Positions 47,787 through 57,501 of a stretch of 64,000 nucleotides of DNA are shown here, piece after piece. The DNA is from Candidatus Woesearchaeota archaeon CG1_02_57_44. GTDB taxonomy: Archaea > Nanobdellota > Nanobdellia > Woesearchaeales > CG1-02-57-44. A program made the position numbers and the translations under genes. Location: positions 1 to 64,000 of the forward strand of contig MNWW01000058.1 in assembly GCA_001871415.1 (NCBI GenBank), written 5' to 3'. The notes under the pieces are model-generated. The model was not told the origin of the DNA. It saw only the letters and a program-made list of their open reading frames with translations, and ran no database searches. How positions within the stretch are numbered: the stretch's first letter is position 1; each line of letters starts with the position of its first letter.

Positions 47787-48488
47787 ATGGTCTCAACTCC
47801 TTGGATTGTTGTTGCTGACGGCTCGCGATGGAACTACGGGCAGCTAGGCTTTGCAGGCGCCTGGGAACATCTGCAGGAAGTGCATGAGGCACTTCAGGGC
47901 GTATTGGATACGGTCCTGTCTGACAAGGAGCTTCCCGAGCAGGTCATATGCCGGGCGCTGTGGGATACAATTGAAAACAATGCTGCTGATGGTCAGGATC
48001 CCTCCTTCAGGGGAACCAATTTCCATGGCATCACGTATCTATTGCAGTCCCTTCGGGAGCGCGGAAACTGGTACCAGAGCGATGGGGATGAGCGCTGGAC
48101 AGCTGACTCGTACGCGCCAGAGGGATATCGCTGGCAGGATATCACGCTTGGTCAGCTCTGCATGGTCCCGGCTGTCACTCCTGTGAACTGGATGGAACCA
48201 TGGCTTGGCAGGAACGTGGGGGTTGTACTGCTTGATGCCGCATCCTATGAGCACCTCTCGTGCGGTCCTGGCATCACAGATCCTTTTGAGTTCGGCCAGC
48301 GCGATCCAGAGGTGCGACGCAGGGCATTGATAGGCGGGGTACTCTTTGACATGCAAGCAGCGCAGAAGCAACGCCCGACACTTGAGCTATGCCTGCATGA
48401 CCCACGGGCTGGCTGCATCATCAGTGGGGAAGGATATCTTCAAGGTCGATATACGCTGCACTATGGGTCCTGTTCAATCAGATCCTGA
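47787..48488 (+). CDS. Hypothetical protein
   Basis: Fills the gap; no motif recognised. Confidence 0.55.
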   Translation: MVSTPWIVVADGSRWNYGQLGFAGAWEHLQEVHEALQGVLDTVLSDKELPEQVICRALWDTIENNAADGQDPSFRGTNFHGITYLLQSLRERGNWYQSDGDERWTADSYAPEGYRWQDITLGQLCMVPAVTPVNWMEPWLGRNVGVVLLDAASYEHLSCGPGITDPFEFGQRDPEVRRRALIGGVLFDMQAAQKQRPTLELCLHDPRAGCIISGEGYLQGRYTLHYGSCSIRS

Positions 48489-48499
48489 CTGGCCGGACA

Positions 48500-49165
48500 T
48501 TACTCCTTCTCCTCTTCTTTCTTCATCTTATCTATCTTGTGTCGGATGTTGCCGGCGGTCCTGCTCAGGGACTTCTGCAGCCAGTTGCCGAAATAACCCT
48601 GCACAATATCAAGATCCCGGATGCGGTTGCCGAACACTTCCATGGAGCTCACATGCTCTATGGTGAATTGCGTCGGCTTTGGCGGCTTCTCGTCAGCGTA
48701 GCCCAGGGTCACAACGCCCATAGGTGTCGCGTAATCCGGGATGGAGAGCACTCTGCGCAGTTGGGTATCGTCAAACGCGCTCACCCAGCAGGAACCGATG
48801 CCCAGCGACGTCGCCGCGATGAGCATGTTCTCCATGGCAGCTGAGGCGTTCTGGATGCTATACAGGCGCTCTCCTCTGATGCCATAGTACTGCTGCGCGC
48901 GTTTCCAGATGACGGTGGTGCAGATGTGCACAGGCGCGGTCGCCATCCAGTACTGCTGGGCGCATGCCTCGGCAATGTCCTTTCGCAGCTCAGCGTCTGT
49001 CACCAATATGAACTTCCAGTTCTGCAGGTTGCCGCTGCTTGGCGCGGTCTTGGCCGCCTCCACAATCTTCGCTACCATGTCCCACTCCAGCATGATGTCC
49101 TTATAGGCACGGATGCTTCGCCTCTGGGCTATCGCATCAAGGGCATTGAGCGGTGGCTTGTCCAT
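48500..49165 (-). CDS. Nitroreductase family protein
   Basis: RRSIRAY, APSSGNLQNWKF, LGIGSCWV. Confidence 0.92.
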   Translation of the reverse strand: MDKPPLNALDAIAQRRSIRAYKDIMLEWDMVAKIVEAAKTAPSSGNLQNWKFILVTDAELRKDIAEACAQQYWMATAPVHICTTVIWKRAQQYYGIRGERLYSIQNASAAMENMLIAATSLGIGSCWVSAFDDTQLRRVLSIPDYATPMGVVTLGYADEKPPKPTQFTIEHVSSMEVFGNRIRDLDIVQGYFGNWLQKSLSRTAGNIRHKIDKMKKEEEKE

Positions 49166-49274
49166 TGCATGATTTCTGGGGGTGGATGTATTTAAAGGTT
49201 GTCTGGGATGGCTATGTCACTTCCATGTAGTATCCTTGGGTATGTTTTTATATGTTGGCGGTTTCCCTGCCACT

Positions 49275-50051
49275 ATGTCTGATACTTCCAGCCATGTCCC
49301 CGGGGAAGCGGTCTCGCTTCCTGACGCGGTCTATGTGCAGCTTGGCGGTGTACCAACTGTTGTCGTTGACCAGCATCATCATGCATATCCCCACCTGCAT
49401 TTCCTTGAGCGAAAACCTGCACTCCTCCTGCACATCGACCACCATGATGATATGACCGCACCGCTCACACCGACCATCGAGCAGCTGGCGTCAGAGGCGC
49501 ATCCACATGATCTGATGACGTATACCGCCACCTCACTAGGCATGGGGAGCTTTCTTTGCCCGGCATTCCATTACGGCCTGGTCGGCGGTCTCTATCACTG
49601 GGATCCTCGTGAAGAATCTGTCACGTGCTATGGCAGGCCAGCTGCGGCGCTATTTGTCGGCGCGCCGCAGACGACTGATCAGGGAGGTCGTCTGCGCTGG
49701 CAGGGTGATGATGGCACTCCGGGCTACCGCCCGCCATCAGTCGAAACCGGCCTGGTCGCTACGGTGGCAGAGCTTGCTGCCTACCGCGGCCCGCTGGTCG
49801 TGGATATTGACCTGGACGCTTTCGTTGATGCCACGGATCCTGACTATGATCCGAGTTTCCCAGGCGTGCCTGACGCGGCAACCTATCGCCTGCAAGTATG
49901 CACCGAGCTATTGCAGCATGCACCAAGACCAGACCTGATCACCATCGCCGAGAGCAGCGTGCATGAGGGAGTGCTTACGCCACCTCAGCTGGTCAAACCC
50001 CTCCTGAACGAGCTTCTTGTGAAATTAGATGGTGTCTACGCAAACCATTAA
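49275..50051 (+). CDS. UPF0489-like (arginase/deacetylase fold) protein
   Basis: VVDQHHHA, LHIDHHDD, DIDLDAF, ITIAES. Confidence 0.75.
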   Translation: MSDTSSHVPGEAVSLPDAVYVQLGGVPTVVVDQHHHAYPHLHFLERKPALLLHIDHHDDMTAPLTPTIEQLASEAHPHDLMTYTATSLGMGSFLCPAFHYGLVGGLYHWDPREESVTCYGRPAAALFVGAPQTTDQGGRLRWQGDDGTPGYRPPSVETGLVATVAELAAYRGPLVVDIDLDAFVDATDPDYDPSFPGVPDAATYRLQVCTELLQHAPRPDLITIAESSVHEGVLTPPQLVKPLLNELLVKLDGVYANH

Positions 50052-50079
50052 GTATCAGCCGCGTCTCATGTCCTCCTGC

Positions 50080-50165
50080 GCGAGGGTGGCAGAGCCTGGT
50101 CAAATGCGCAGGACTTAAGATCCTGTCCCCCAGCGGGTCCGTGGGTTCGAATCCCTCCCCTCGCA
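50080..50165 (+). tRNA. tRNA-Leu(TAA)
   Basis: GCGAGGG acceptor, CAGGA-CTTAAGA-TCCTG, long variable arm, GGTTCGAATCC. Confidence 0.95.
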
Positions 50166-50335
50166 GTTTTTTTCTATTCCTTTTTCATATCGGGCAACCG
50201 AGCGAAGTGAGTGTTGACCTTGTTTTGNNNNNNNNNNNNNNNNNNNNNNNNNNNNNNNNNNNNNNNNNNNNNNNNNNNNNNNNNGCGAAGTGAGTGTTGA
50301 CCTTGTTTTGGATCGACCCTTTTGTTAAAAGGGTC

Positions 50336-50358
50336 GTTCGGGTCCTTCCCCTCGCAGT
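50336..50358 (+). repeat. Degenerate copy of the tRNA-Leu 3' end (att-like)
   Basis: GTTCGGGTCCTTCCCCTCGCAGT vs GTTCGAATCCCTCCCCTCGCAGT (20/23). Confidence 0.7.
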
Positions 50359-50471
50359 CTTTCTCTTCTCCTCGGCGAATCCATCGGCTATCCTGCGGCG
50401 ATGGCAAAATGGCGTATCGCCCACGAACATATTTATACCCGTTCAGAGACCATGCGACGGGGGTGATACGC

Positions 50472-50612
50472 ATGCCCATGAGCAAGAAATATCTAGAAAA
50501 GAAAAAACAAGGATACAAAGCTGAAATCGCAGTGCTTGAAGCCAAATGCGCAGGCGGCAGCGGGACCAAAGCGGACTACGAAGCGCTGGCGAAACTCAAG
50601 AAACGTCTGTGA
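50472..50612 (+). CDS. Small basic hypothetical protein (46 aa)
   Basis: GGGGTGA RBS-like motif, TTTATA upstream; MPMSKKYLEKKKQGY... Confidence 0.55.
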   Translation: MPMSKKYLEKKKQGYKAEIAVLEAKCAGGSGTKADYEALAKLKKRL

Positions 50613-50690
50613 TGAGTCAGGTTCAGGCTGAACAAATCATCTTGTATCATTGCTCTTTACAACAACGGACGTGCTGCTCCAAGGGGGCAT

Positions 50691-51158
50691 TCACTTGCCG
50701 CGTATCCTTCCCAGCCGCTCGTACTTATCGTCTTCCTCACGGAGGCGGAACTTCTCGGCCATGATATCGATGAGCGCGGGCTCTATCTTGAGGATGTCCT
50801 TGGCGGTTATCATGCCGTAGAGCTTTCCATCCTCGGCCACGGGCAAGTGCCGGATGACATGCTTTGCCATGAGCGCTATCGCTTCTGAGATGTCGGTATC
50901 ACGCGGTATAGTCACGAGCCTATCGTCCATGATGTCCTTGGCGGGCGTGGTCGCAGGGTTCTGGCCCTGCGCCATGAGCTTTCGCACCAGGTCCTGCTCG
51001 GTGATGATGCCTATCGGCCTGTTCCCTTTCAGGACCAGCACGGAGCCGACGCGCTTGGCGGCCATTATCTTCGCGCAATCCTCAGCGCTCTGCTCCGGAG
51101 TGACGGTGATGACCTGCGTGGTCATGGCATCCATGACTGAAATTCCTGTCACAGCCAT
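50691..51158 (-). CDS. CBS-pair protein
   Basis: VMDAMT, GIITEQDL, RHLPV, GMITAKDI. Confidence 0.93.
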   Translation of the reverse strand: MAVTGISVMDAMTTQVITVTPEQSAEDCAKIMAAKRVGSVLVLKGNRPIGIITEQDLVRKLMAQGQNPATTPAKDIMDDRLVTIPRDTDISEAIALMAKHVIRHLPVAEDGKLYGMITAKDILKIEPALIDIMAEKFRLREEDDKYERLGRIRGK

Positions 51159-53059
51159 ATCTCCACCTCCGGGCCGAATATCTTCTTGAGCTGCTCGAAC
51201 ATGGATTCCTTGATGAATGTCCTTGGAGGGATCTTTGCCGTTGCCAGCGCCTGCTCCAACTCGTCAAGCGTCGCGGTCTTTGGCTCGCCCAGCGTGTCGT
51301 CCTTCACGCTTGCTTTGCTTATCTGGTCTTTTGCCGCCAGGTCATGAATGATGAACGCTGTCTCGCCAAGAAGCAGCACCTCGCCATAGCGGTCGCCATG
51401 GCGCACTTTTATCTTAGCGCGCTCAAGTTCACCTGCCCGCTTGCGCTGCAGATACTCCACCACACCCTTCTCCAGCTGCGCCGCCTGCTTCTTCGCCTTC
51501 TCCAAATCAGGCTTAGTGAGCTTTCCGGACTCGTAGTCAGCGACGGCCTTCTGCACATCGCGCAGCGCGCGGGCCTGCTTTGGCTGCATCTTGCCCTTGT
51601 GCACAAACGCCTCCTCGAACAGCTGCACAATGGCATCGTCGGGCACATGGTCTATTCCCTCGCTGTGCAAGGCATCGCGCACCATGCTGGCGAGATGGTC
51701 GTAGGATCTGGCCACGCTCTCCTTCTCACGCTGCTCCTCTATCTGCGAGAAGAGCTTGCCGACGCGTTCCAGGTAATTGGTCGCGTCGGTCACCATCTGG
51801 TCTATCTCCTTTCCGCTCGTCGCCTTCTTGGTGCCATGCTCGATGTCCTTGCGGACCTTTATCTGGTCCCGCAGGATCTTGACCCACTTCTCCTCGAGCA
51901 TCTTCTCCTTCTTGACAAAGATGTCCTGCATGAGGATAGGCGTCTCCCGGGGCGAAGGAGGTGGGATATCCTTCATCATCAGCGCGGCCTGGCTCGGCGT
52001 GAGGATGGCATAGTAGATATCCTCCATGGCCAGCGTGTTCAGGGTCGCCTTGACGCGATTGAGCATCTGGTTGCCCGTGCTCATGAACATATCGATGGCC
52101 TCAGGGCTCGGCTTTATCTTGCCCATGCGAAGGAGCTGCTTCCAGGGCATGAAGATACCTCTGTCATAGAACGGGATGCCGTCGCGCAGGAACGTGAACA
52201 TGACAGGGTTCGCCTCGCGGATGCCGTCCCAGAACTCGGTCAGGATGTAGACCTGGATGTTGAGCTTGTTGCGGATGCCCGTCATCTCACCCGCCTCCAT
52301 GCCCATGCCGATGATGATGGCGCGCAGCTTGTCCTTGAGCTCAGTGCGCGTCATCTTCTTGACATCGGTGTCGTCGATGACCACAAAGACGTCGATGTCG
52401 CTGGACTTGGTGGCCTCACCCTTGACGAGCGAGCCAGCGAACACGTAGCTGACGATATATTTCTCGAACTTGCGCAGGACCATGGTCTTATGGATCTCTG
52501 CTATCTTGAGCGCGCTGAGCATACCGGTGTCATAGAACGGACCAGAAGACGCGATGAGCGCGAGCAGGTCGTACTTGGCGTCAAAGCAAGAGCCCCACAC
52601 CTCAGAGAGCAATATGACCTGCGGCTTGAGGTGCTCGTCCACCTGCTTGGCTATCTCCAGGATGATGGCCTCCAGCTTCCCCTTCAGGTCCTGCTTAGCC
52701 ATCTTCTGGCTGTCAGAATCGTCGACGAGGATGAGCACGCCGACATCATCGTCTGACGGAGGCTGCGTCGCTGCCTGAGGAGGCACGTTGGGTTGAGGCG
52801 CGCTGCCTGCAGGGGGCATCGCTTGCATTGCCTGACCTTGCGGCATCGCACCAGGTGCCGGCTTTGGCATCTTTGGGAGAATGGATATGGCCATGATGTA
52901 CTGGTCGAACTTCTCGAGCACCTTGCCCTGGAATGTCTTGAGCTTGGCGCGCAGCTCGCGCAGCTTCTCGCGCGCTTCAGGAGGCAATCGCGCTTCTATC
53001 GCCTTGAACTGCTCGTCTTCAGGAGAATCTTTGGTCTCTTGCTTTTTTTTCTTTGCCAT
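51149..53059 (-). CDS. Pol-beta-type nucleotidyltransferase protein (degenerate plus intact NTase domains, HEPN-like helical region)
   Basis: FAGSLVKGEATKSSDIDVFVVIDD; an earlier paralogous module VGVLILVDDSD..FYDTG. Confidence 0.8.
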   Translation of the reverse strand: MAKKKKQETKDSPEDEQFKAIEARLPPEAREKLRELRAKLKTFQGKVLEKFDQYIMAISILPKMPKPAPGAMPQGQAMQAMPPAGSAPQPNVPPQAATQPPSDDDVGVLILVDDSDSQKMAKQDLKGKLEAIILEIAKQVDEHLKPQVILLSEVWGSCFDAKYDLLALIASSGPFYDTGMLSALKIAEIHKTMVLRKFEKYIVSYVFAGSLVKGEATKSSDIDVFVVIDDTDVKKMTRTELKDKLRAIIIGMGMEAGEMTGIRNKLNIQVYILTEFWDGIREANPVMFTFLRDGIPFYDRGIFMPWKQLLRMGKIKPSPEAIDMFMSTGNQMLNRVKATLNTLAMEDIYYAILTPSQAALMMKDIPPPSPRETPILMQDIFVKKEKMLEEKWVKILRDQIKVRKDIEHGTKKATSGKEIDQMVTDATNYLERVGKLFSQIEEQREKESVARSYDHLASMVRDALHSEGIDHVPDDAIVQLFEEAFVHKGKMQPKQARALRDVQKAVADYESGKLTKPDLEKAKKQAAQLEKGVVEYLQRKRAGELERAKIKVRHGDRYGEVLLLGETAFIIHDLAAKDQISKASVKDDTLGEPKTATLDELEQALATAKIPPRTFIKESMFEQLKKIFGPEVEIWL

Positions 53060-53079
53060 GAACGTACCCCGTTGTCTGT

Positions 53080-53121
53080 TGAAATGGAGCGCAGTATAAA
53101 TGAAATGGAGCGCAGTATAAA
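53080..53121. repeat. 21-bp tandem duplication containing the minus-strand TATA box
   Basis: TGAAATGGAGCGCAGTATAAA x2. Confidence 0.9.
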
Positions 53122-53130
53122 TGTCTTTTG

Positions 53131-53868
53131 TCACCGTTCTGGTACGGTATGCGAGGCCAGCGCGTCCTTTTCCGCGAAATGCAGGTTTCCCGGAATGACG
53201 AGGCATTGCGGATACGGGCCACTACGTTGCACACTATCCGCGTGGCCTACCCAGATGCGCGCGTCGCTCGTGCCAAGGCCTGCACATACAACGACTTGTG
53301 TGTCCTTTTGCAGCAGTCCTTTGCCTGTTTGCTGCTCTTCCTGCAGCAGGGCTTCCACTGCCTCAGCAGCGTCCATATAGCGATCACCATCGAGATCCAA
53401 TAGCAGCAAGGTGTGCAATCCGATGGACAGGTTCTTCTCCAGCACCTCGTAGGCCGTGCTGTTGGAGCGGGGAGGGAAGACAACGCTTCCCACCTTGCCG
53501 AACTTGTATGCCTGCAATCCTGTCTCAGCTACCGCGGTCAGGATGGACGCGCCGTGGATGATGCGACAGGGGATGCCCTGTCTTCGCGCTTCCATGGCCA
53601 ATTCGATATGCGTCGTCGCAGCAAGCGGGTCGCCGCCGACGAGGATCGCTACATCATCCTCTCTTGCCTTCTCGAGCAGGATGTGAGCGTTCTCTTCGAG
53701 CGCGCTCCTGCTCGCTATGATGGGTTTTCTTCCCAGCACTTCTGCCACGGCCTCAAGATCAATGCGCGAGGTGTAGATGTCGCAATAGCACTCACAGGAT
53801 TGCGCCATCTCTAATCCTTCCAATGATATTCCCTTGTCACCAAGGCCCAGTCCGATCAGATAGAGCAT
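53131..53868 (-). CDS. dph5: Diphthine synthase
   Basis: MLYLIGLGL, GDPLAATTH, GLQAYKFG, GLHTLLLLD. Confidence 0.95.
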   Translation of the reverse strand: MLYLIGLGLGDKGISLEGLEMAQSCECYCDIYTSRIDLEAVAEVLGRKPIIASRSALEENAHILLEKAREDDVAILVGGDPLAATTHIELAMEARRQGIPCRIIHGASILTAVAETGLQAYKFGKVGSVVFPPRSNSTAYEVLEKNLSIGLHTLLLLDLDGDRYMDAAEAVEALLQEEQQTGKGLLQKDTQVVVCAGLGTSDARIWVGHADSVQRSGPYPQCLVIPGNLHFAEKDALASHTVPER

Positions 53869-53899
53869 GTTGTTGGCACCTTCATTGGCTGTTGTCTTG

Positions 53900-55792
53900 T
53901 CATGTCAACCCTCTCCTGTATTGCTGCTCATAGGCGATACGCACCTCGTCGAGCGACGCTGCATCGTCGGCGGCACGATCCTCCCTGAGCCTGATCATCC
54001 GTGGGAAGCGCAGGGCATAGCCGCTCGCGTAAGACGGGCTCTTCTGTATCTCCTCGAACGCCACTTCCACGACGAGCTCAGGGCGCAGCCATACGGCGCG
54101 CCCCTCCTGGCGCTCGATGAGCGGGCGCAATGCCTCTGTTATCGCGGCGAACGTGAGCGTCTCCTCGTCGCTGTCATCAAGCTTCTCCTTCAGGCCGGTG
54201 CCTACCTTGCCTATGGCGAGGCAGGTGCCCTGATGCTGGCATGCCAGCGTGAAACTGGTCAGCCACGTGGCGCGCTTTCCTTCACCCCATTCAGCCTCGA
54301 CGATGACCAGATCAAGACCGTCCATGACGGGCTTCACCTTCACCATGCTTCCCACGCGTGAGCCCGGACGATACGGCGCGTCAAAGGCCTTGAGCATGAT
54401 GCCCTCGTTATGGGCTGCAAGGGCCTTCTCATAGAATGCGACAGCGTCCTTCTCCTCTGCTATGGTCGTCGCTGTAGCGGCCTGCAGCGGGCCGTTGATG
54501 GGAACGAGTTCTTGTACGGCTTTCCGGCGTTCCTGGAATGGCCTGCTGAGCATGCTGCCTTGCCTGTAGAGCACATCAAACACGTGCACCTGCACCCGTA
54601 GTCTCCTGACGCTGTCCGCTATCCTGTGCTTTCGCCTGATGCGCTGCGAGATGCTCTGGAACGGAAGAAACGATCCGTCCTGGTCAATGCCCACTGCTTC
54701 AGCGTCGAGGATCAACGGTCCCGGCAGGTCTTTTACCATGCTGACGATATCAGGAAACTGTCGCGTCACATTCTCGAGCCGTCGGGTGAAGATGCTCACT
54801 TCCTGATGAGGGTCTATATGTATCTGCACGCGGAAGCCATCGTACTTGTATTCTGCCTGGCATGGCAGGCCGACGGAAGCCAGCCCTTTCTCCATGGACT
54901 CTGCCTTCTGCGCCAGCATGACCTTCAAGGGTTTGCCGGGCGTGATGTCCATGGCCTGCAGTCCACCGATGCCCCGGGTCCTGGCGACCAATGCAACAGC
55001 GGCGAAATCATTGCTCACATCAAGGGCGTGCTGGACTGTGCTGATGATGAGATTGTATGCCTGACGCGCAGCACTCTCGTCGGGCAGGATGAGCAGGGCT
55101 TGCGGGTTGTCCCTTGCGATGATGAGCGCATCATCGGCAGTATCGCAGGTGAACACGGTCCTGTTGCCGGAGGTTGGTGTCTTGTTGCCTGATGAATTGT
55201 CCTTCGCGTCATCGCAATGCTCGTTACTGTCAAAGAGCCCTTTTGGCATGGGCAGGAACGCCCAGCAGATGGCGTCGCGGATGATGCCTTCGCCGACGCC
55301 CATGCGCAGCTGACCTAGCACGAGCCGGACGATATAGCGCGCTTCAGCAGGATCAGCATGGCTGAGCAGTTCTGTTATCAGCCTGACCTTATGGTCGATC
55401 GCGCCAGCGCCTTCATGGACAGCAAGCTTGGTCAATGTGGTGTGCACGCGCTGCAGGTCAAGGGTCTCTGCGACCAGCCGTACCTGGGCCTGTGCTTTCG
55501 CGAGCTCTTCCGCCACTAACCCAAGGTCGCCGTGCTTTCGCCAACGGGTCTCTATGGCGGCAGGGCTGATGCCATAGGCGGTCTGCAGGGCCTTGATCAT
55601 GGTGCGATCGCTGACACCTGGCTCCCGGGGGTCAATGAGGCGATAGATGCGGCCCTGCAGCAGCAAGAGGAGCGGCTCGAGCAGGTCAAGGTCGCACTGC
55701 CGTATCAGGGCGCTTACCCTGCTAGTCTTCTCCAGGCGTTTTGATGTGGCCTCAAGCGCTAAAAAGCAGGATGCCAACTGGCTGAATCGCAT
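53900..55792 (-). CDS. lig: ATP-dependent DNA ligase
   Basis: EYKYDGFR, EGIMLK, KVK, DLVIV, LRFPR. Confidence 0.96.
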   Translation of the reverse strand: MRFSQLASCFLALEATSKRLEKTSRVSALIRQCDLDLLEPLLLLLQGRIYRLIDPREPGVSDRTMIKALQTAYGISPAAIETRWRKHGDLGLVAEELAKAQAQVRLVAETLDLQRVHTTLTKLAVHEGAGAIDHKVRLITELLSHADPAEARYIVRLVLGQLRMGVGEGIIRDAICWAFLPMPKGLFDSNEHCDDAKDNSSGNKTPTSGNRTVFTCDTADDALIIARDNPQALLILPDESAARQAYNLIISTVQHALDVSNDFAAVALVARTRGIGGLQAMDITPGKPLKVMLAQKAESMEKGLASVGLPCQAEYKYDGFRVQIHIDPHQEVSIFTRRLENVTRQFPDIVSMVKDLPGPLILDAEAVGIDQDGSFLPFQSISQRIRRKHRIADSVRRLRVQVHVFDVLYRQGSMLSRPFQERRKAVQELVPINGPLQAATATTIAEEKDAVAFYEKALAAHNEGIMLKAFDAPYRPGSRVGSMVKVKPVMDGLDLVIVEAEWGEGKRATWLTSFTLACQHQGTCLAIGKVGTGLKEKLDDSDEETLTFAAITEALRPLIERQEGRAVWLRPELVVEVAFEEIQKSPSYASGYALRFPRMIRLREDRAADDAASLDEVRIAYEQQYRRGLT

Positions 55793-55929
55793 GGAGCAGG
55801 GGCTTATCTGGCCATTATTAACTTTATCCCTCTTACCCTGCGGGGTACTGACAGCAAAAGCTTTATAAACCGTTCCCGTTTTCCGCAACGCAGGTTTCGA
55901 GGACGATTCTGGGGCTCAGGTGAAAAATC

Positions 55930-56343
55930 ATGGCAGGTGTATACGACGCAGCTCCCCAGGAGCTGATTGCAAAGGCCAGCAAAGAACTGGCCAAGAATCC
56001 CGTGTGCAAGGCGCCTGAATGGGCGCAGTTCGCAAAGACCGGGGCGCACAAGGAGCGACAGCCAGACCGTCTGGACTGGTGGCATACGCGCCTCGCGGCA
56101 GTGCTTCGCACGGTCTACATGCGCGGTCCAGTCGGCGTCTCCAAGCTCAGCGTCAAATATGGCGGCGCCAAGAACAAAGGCGCGGCGCCCTCCAAGTTCG
56201 TGCGCGGCTCACGCAATGTGCTTCGCACCAGCCTGCAGCAGCTTGAGGCGGCAGGACTCGTCGCCCAGGCCAAGACCGGACGTAAGGGTCGCATCGTCAC
56301 TGCCAAGGGCAAGAGCTTCCTTGACAAGCTGACCAAGGAGTGA
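55930..56343 (+). CDS. rps19e: 30S ribosomal protein S19e
   Basis: PEWAQFAKTG, WWHTRLAAVLR, LQQLE. Confidence 0.96.
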   Translation: MAGVYDAAPQELIAKASKELAKNPVCKAPEWAQFAKTGAHKERQPDRLDWWHTRLAAVLRTVYMRGPVGVSKLSVKYGGAKNKGAAPSKFVRGSRNVLRTSLQQLEAAGLVAQAKTGRKGRIVTAKGKSFLDKLTKE

Positions 56344-56348
56344 TGCAC

Positions 56349-56522
56349 ATGGCACGAAACAAGCAGACTTCACGAAAAAAGCGCCTGGCCAAGGCAGGTA
56401 CGCAGACGCGCTGGGCTCCGTTCTGGACAGTCCCAAAGTGCTATGGTACCGGCAGGGCAGTGCATCCAGGACGCCACACGCACGTCAAGCGAAACTGGCG
56501 CAGAATCAAGACACAGGCATGA
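56349..56522 (+). CDS. rpl39e: 50S ribosomal protein L39e
   Basis: KKRLAK..APFW..RNWRR. Confidence 0.92.
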   Translation: MARNKQTSRKKRLAKAGTQTRWAPFWTVPKCYGTGRAVHPGRHTHVKRNWRRIKTQA

Positions 56523-56527
56523 TACCC

Positions 56528-56896
56528 ATGGAACGCGCATACAACATCCCTCTCCGGAAATCCTTTCGCAATGCTCCCAAGTACAAGCGCACCAACAAGG
56601 CAGTCGCGCAGGTCAAGAACTTCCTCTCCCAGCACATGAAGAGCGATGACATCAAGCTCGGCAAGGAGCTCAATGACAAGCTCTGGGAAAAGGGCATCCA
56701 GAACCCTCCGCATCATGTTAAGGTCGTCGTGACCAAGGATGATGAAGGTGTGGTCAAGGCGGAGCTTGAGGGCGTGAGAGCGGCAATCAAGAAAGATGCC
56801 AAGCCCACCAAAACAGCCGACAAGAAACCGGTAGCCCATGCGAAGGTCTCCAAGACCGAAATCAAGGACGTCCCTGCAGTCGAGAATCCTGCGTGA
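56528..56896 (+). CDS. rpl31e: 50S ribosomal protein L31e with Lys-rich tail
   Basis: ERAYNIPLR, KRTNKA, LNDKLWEKGIQNPP. Confidence 0.95.
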   Translation: MERAYNIPLRKSFRNAPKYKRTNKAVAQVKNFLSQHMKSDDIKLGKELNDKLWEKGIQNPPHHVKVVVTKDDEGVVKAELEGVRAAIKKDAKPTKTADKKPVAHAKVSKTEIKDVPAVENPA

Positions 56897-57059
56897 CACC
56901 TGTTCGCTCTTTTTTGAAATTTTTTTTGTAATCTTTCTTTGAGTCAAGTTTATCATGCAACGTGACTGCCAAATTGTGTAACCCGATTGCCTAATCGTGC
57001 ACCTTGACCGACGCCCTTTCTTAGTAAATCTTATATCCTTGCACGTACACTGCCCTGCG

Positions 57060-57479
57060 ATGCATTACGAAGCAACGGGCGGCGGGCATCTTGGTCGCGA
57101 CTGGCCTTTCTGCTGGCAGGCGACGTCACCATTCGCGCACCTGATCCTGACGGATGCTGCTGTGCAGGTCAAGGTATGGCCTTTTCACTCCGTGATTCCA
57201 CTGCGTTCGCTCGTTTCCTATTCCCGATTATCGTCCAGCATGGGGACAGGGTTTCAGCTGCATGCCCAACAGGGATTTCCGCGCATCGTATTCTGGAGTC
57301 ATGAGCCTGAGAAGACTGAGCAGGCCCTCCGGGCAGCAGGACTCAAGCGGACAGAACCTACTGGCGCGCTTCCCCGTGTGCTTCGGTTGCCACTGGGGCG
57401 CGTATTCCTCTGGTATCTGGTAATCCTGCTGGCCTTACTGATTGTATCTATCGTAGCGCAACTTCTTTTCCCTCTGTAG
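57060..57479 (+). CDS. Hypothetical protein with C-terminal TM
   Basis: CTTATAT upstream; hydrophobic tail. Confidence 0.55.
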   Translation: MHYEATGGGHLGRDWPFCWQATSPFAHLILTDAAVQVKVWPFHSVIPLRSLVSYSRLSSSMGTGFQLHAQQGFPRIVFWSHEPEKTEQALRAAGLKRTEPTGALPRVLRLPLGRVFLWYLVILLALLIVSIVAQLLFPL

Positions 57480-57501
57480 GGTACTGGTGCAGGGTGCTGG
57501 T

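Noticed and set aside
50202..50310. 26-bp direct repeat on either side of the N run
   Set aside because: Identical sequence flanking a scaffold gap is most likely an unmerged contig overlap
51344..52756. 470-aa plus-strand ORF
   Set aside because: Antisense shadow of the nucleotidyltransferase gene
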